DNA of 64,000 bases from Octopus bimaculoides. Its lineage: Eukaryota. Positions within the stretch are counted from its first letter, which is position 1. Every line of letters begins with the position of its first letter. Under the pieces are notes generated by a model, which did not search any database, was not told the DNA's origin, and saw only the letters and a list, made by a program, of their open reading frames with translations. Of this stretch, positions 61,380-64,000 are shown one piece after another. The DNA lies in the NCBI RefSeq assembly GCF_001194135.2, contig NC_068988.1:55334430-55398429 (forward strand). Reading direction: 5' to 3'. A program made the translations under genes and the position numbers.

Positions 61380-63110
61380 TGTCGTTTCAATTTAAGTCGT
61401 TCTCGAGTATACATCGGTTTTCAAAAATGATATATGGAAGAATAAAGATCAAGACATTTTACTCGACTTTACGTCTGAACACCACAGATATTAGAATCGT
61501 AAAATCACAAGAAAACCGTTAAAAGCACATAAAATCATGTTACTTTACAATAAATAAGAATAAAAGCATATGAAATCATATTAAAATACGTACAGTAAAC
61601 GTTAAGATTCACATCATAAAGTAGTGTACCTTAATGAATGAAATCATGAAATCAGCTGTGTTGTCCTATTTATCGGTCTTTCGGAGCTCATATTGCACTG
61701 TAGTTCCAATATCTACCGTTAGGCGTCGTTGTCACTCGTGATTCCAGTGATTGTTTTGAATTCAGATTAGCTTACATCTGTTTATCGGCTACTTTCCCAT
61801 TCTCATTCATTTGTGATTTTATGTTTCGCCCTCATGGCTCCTAAGAAAATTCATAGTGAAAGTACTAAACGTCATGCTATAACGCTGGAAGATAAACTGG
61901 CCATGATAAAACGCCATGAAAAAGGTGAAAAAGTGGTAGCAATTGCATAATCTTTTGGGATGAGTCGGACAACTGTATCGACGATTGTACATAAAGACAA
62001 GATTTTAGCACATATCAAAGCTGAAGCATCAGGGATGAAGAACACTGTCATCAATAAGAAAAAGGGCAAAATCTTTGAAGAAATGGGAAGTCTTCTTTCT
62101 CATTGGATTGTTAGGTTGAATCGTGAGCGTGCTACTATTAGTCAAGAAATCATTCAAGAGAAAGCGTTGTCTTTGTTTGAGGACCCGAAGAAAAAATACC
62201 CAGATGAGAAAGATATAGAGTTCAAGGTAAGTCAAGGATGGTTCAATAGATTTAAGGAGTGAAGAAGTTATCACTTGGAGGAGGATTTCACAGATTTATT
62301 TGAAAAAGAGAAGCAGTCCCCGACGAACGAAGATTTGACAGAGCTCCACGAGCAGCCAAATAAAGAAGAAGAGGAAATCGAACCTGAGTCGCGTCACTTT
62401 ACCATTAAGAAAATACAGCAAGTATTTGCATATACCGAAAAAGGTCTTTCTATGTTCGAAAATATGGACCCATATGCTCAACGCTTTTCTAAGATTATGG
62501 GGGCTTGTCACGAAGCTTTTCCTCCTTATAATGTAATCCTTGAGGAAAAGAAGACAGTTCAAGGAACTCTCAATCGGTGTTTTTGAGCGCATCGAACAAC
62601 AAGAACAACCAGAGTCAGCTGTTGATGTTGGCGATCCACAGCCATCTACATCCGCGATGTAAACCACCAACTATGTATGTATTTAAATAATTTAGTTTTT
62701 TTTTTACTATTGCAAAATAATAATCACAGAATTTGTTTTCTAAGCTTAAAAAGGGTTTTTATTTTACCATGTCTTATTACAAACCGCATTCATAAATAAA
62801 CCGTCCGTGACGTACGGTAAACACCGCCAAATTGTATTCGTAAATTTAGATTACTTTTTTTTTCTGTATTAAAAAATAAAAATTATTTGTTTGTAAGCTT
62901 AAAATAAGTTTTTATTAACCAAGTATTATTGAAAATGCATTCATAAATAAAGTACAGAACTGGGAATGGTTATTATCGGTTTAGCCTAGAGACAAGTAAA
63001 TTCGGCCTAGTCTAGACTAACCTAGAAACAAGTTAATTCGACATAAGTTGCTTTTCGACGTAAGTCGTATCTCCTGGAACTAATTAACGACGTAGGATGA
63101 GGTATGCCTG
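61380..63110 (+). mobile_element. Tigger/pogo transposon, internally deleted (coding remnant 61834-62586)
   Basis: psq-type and CENP-B-type HTH (ITLEDKLAMIKR...F..SQGWFNRFK) fused to the Tigger C-terminus (FENMDP...RF.K...EEKK..Q..L..F). Right TIR gaggtatgcctg plus TA at 63099-63112. The left TIR was not found. Confidence 0.9.
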
Positions 63111-63407
63111 TATATTGATCTCTGTATTTGGTTGATACTTATGTAATTGACCTCAGAAGGAAGAAAGGCAGTTGACTGGGTAAGATTTGAACACAGCTTA
63201 TAAAGGAATTAAGCAATGTGTGTTAATACAAGCTGAGATAAATTTAGGGTTAAAAAGATATGGGGTGACAGTGCTAATATATCATTCGGCCCGGAATGTG
63301 AGAAGGGTTGTGACGCTAGTGTTGGCTAGAAAGCTTAAAGTCGTCTGCAATAGGACGGGGGTAGCTTGAATATGAGATTTTATTGCAATGAAAAGTAGGG
63401 CACACAT

Positions 63408-63445
<38 letters not shown>

Positions 63446-63842
63446 GCACATACATATTCGCATGCGCGCGCACATACACACACATACACACACAGATAAC
63501 ACACAGCGTATCTATATGTGTATGCTTTTGTGCTAATAACTGTACATATATATATATATGGGCATAAACACGCACACATCTATACGGATATGTATATACA
63601 CGCACACACACATACACACACATATACATACACACACACATACATAAAATAAATGAGAGAAACAGAAAATGGAATTCACGAGAATATATATACCATTTGA
63701 TATCATGTGATTGACCAGACTGTCGGATGTTGTTATACATCCCTGTTCACAGTGTGCTTTGCATCATTTTTGATTTCGAATATATGTATGTATGTTATAT
63801 ATATATATATATATACATATATATACATATATATATATATAA

Positions 63843-63983
63843 GGTGTAGGAGTGGCTGTGTGGTAAGCAGCCTGCTTACCAACCACATAGTTCCAAGTTC
63901 AGTCCCACTGCGTGGCACCTTGGGCAAGTGTCTTCTACTAATAGCCTCGGGCCAACCAAAGCTAAAACTGAAAGAAGCCCGTC
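63843..63983 (+). mobile_element. SINE family A 5' module
   Basis: Homologous to 5210-5372, running into (TA)n at the window end. Confidence 0.85.
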
Positions 63984-64000
63984 GGATATATATATATATA

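Noticed and set aside
27350-64000. A second host protein-coding gene
   Set aside because: I found no set of exons with consistent splice sites and recognisable non-transposon homology. Small exons could be missed or hidden in gaps.

Overview
AT-rich, microsatellite- and SINE-dense animal genomic scaffold with many N gaps. The repeat landscape suggests a coleoid cephalopod, probably Octopus (inference). The only host gene I can support is the 3' end of a Rho-associated kinase (ROCK/Rok) on the + strand, about 1-25 kb. Five internal exons encode the split PH domain and its inserted C1 zinc finger, followed by a terminal exon at 24772-24886 ending ...KSATLPPNTRP*. A second candidate last or cassette exon at 20363 would end the protein ...PAGSRK* and has its own poly(A) signal. 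From about 26 kb to 64 kb the window is a transposon graveyard: several tRNA-derived SINE families, RTE, CR1/Jockey-like and Penelope-like retroelement fragments, Tc1/mariner, Tigger/pogo, Mutator, and hAT/piggyBac-type MITEs. There are no prokaryotic features, CRISPR arrays, rRNA or convincing functional tRNA genes. I see no clearly novel multi-gene system. The best leads are ROCK 3' alternative splicing, inverted repeats in the ROCK pre-mRNA, a tRNA-like inverted/direct repeat mosaic at 31.8-32.3 kb, and an in-frame deleted Tigger. All homology calls come from motif recognition, not database searches. Repeat boundaries are approximate (about +/-20 bp) unless a TSD, TIR or splice site is quoted. 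SINE family letters A-D are my own labels.
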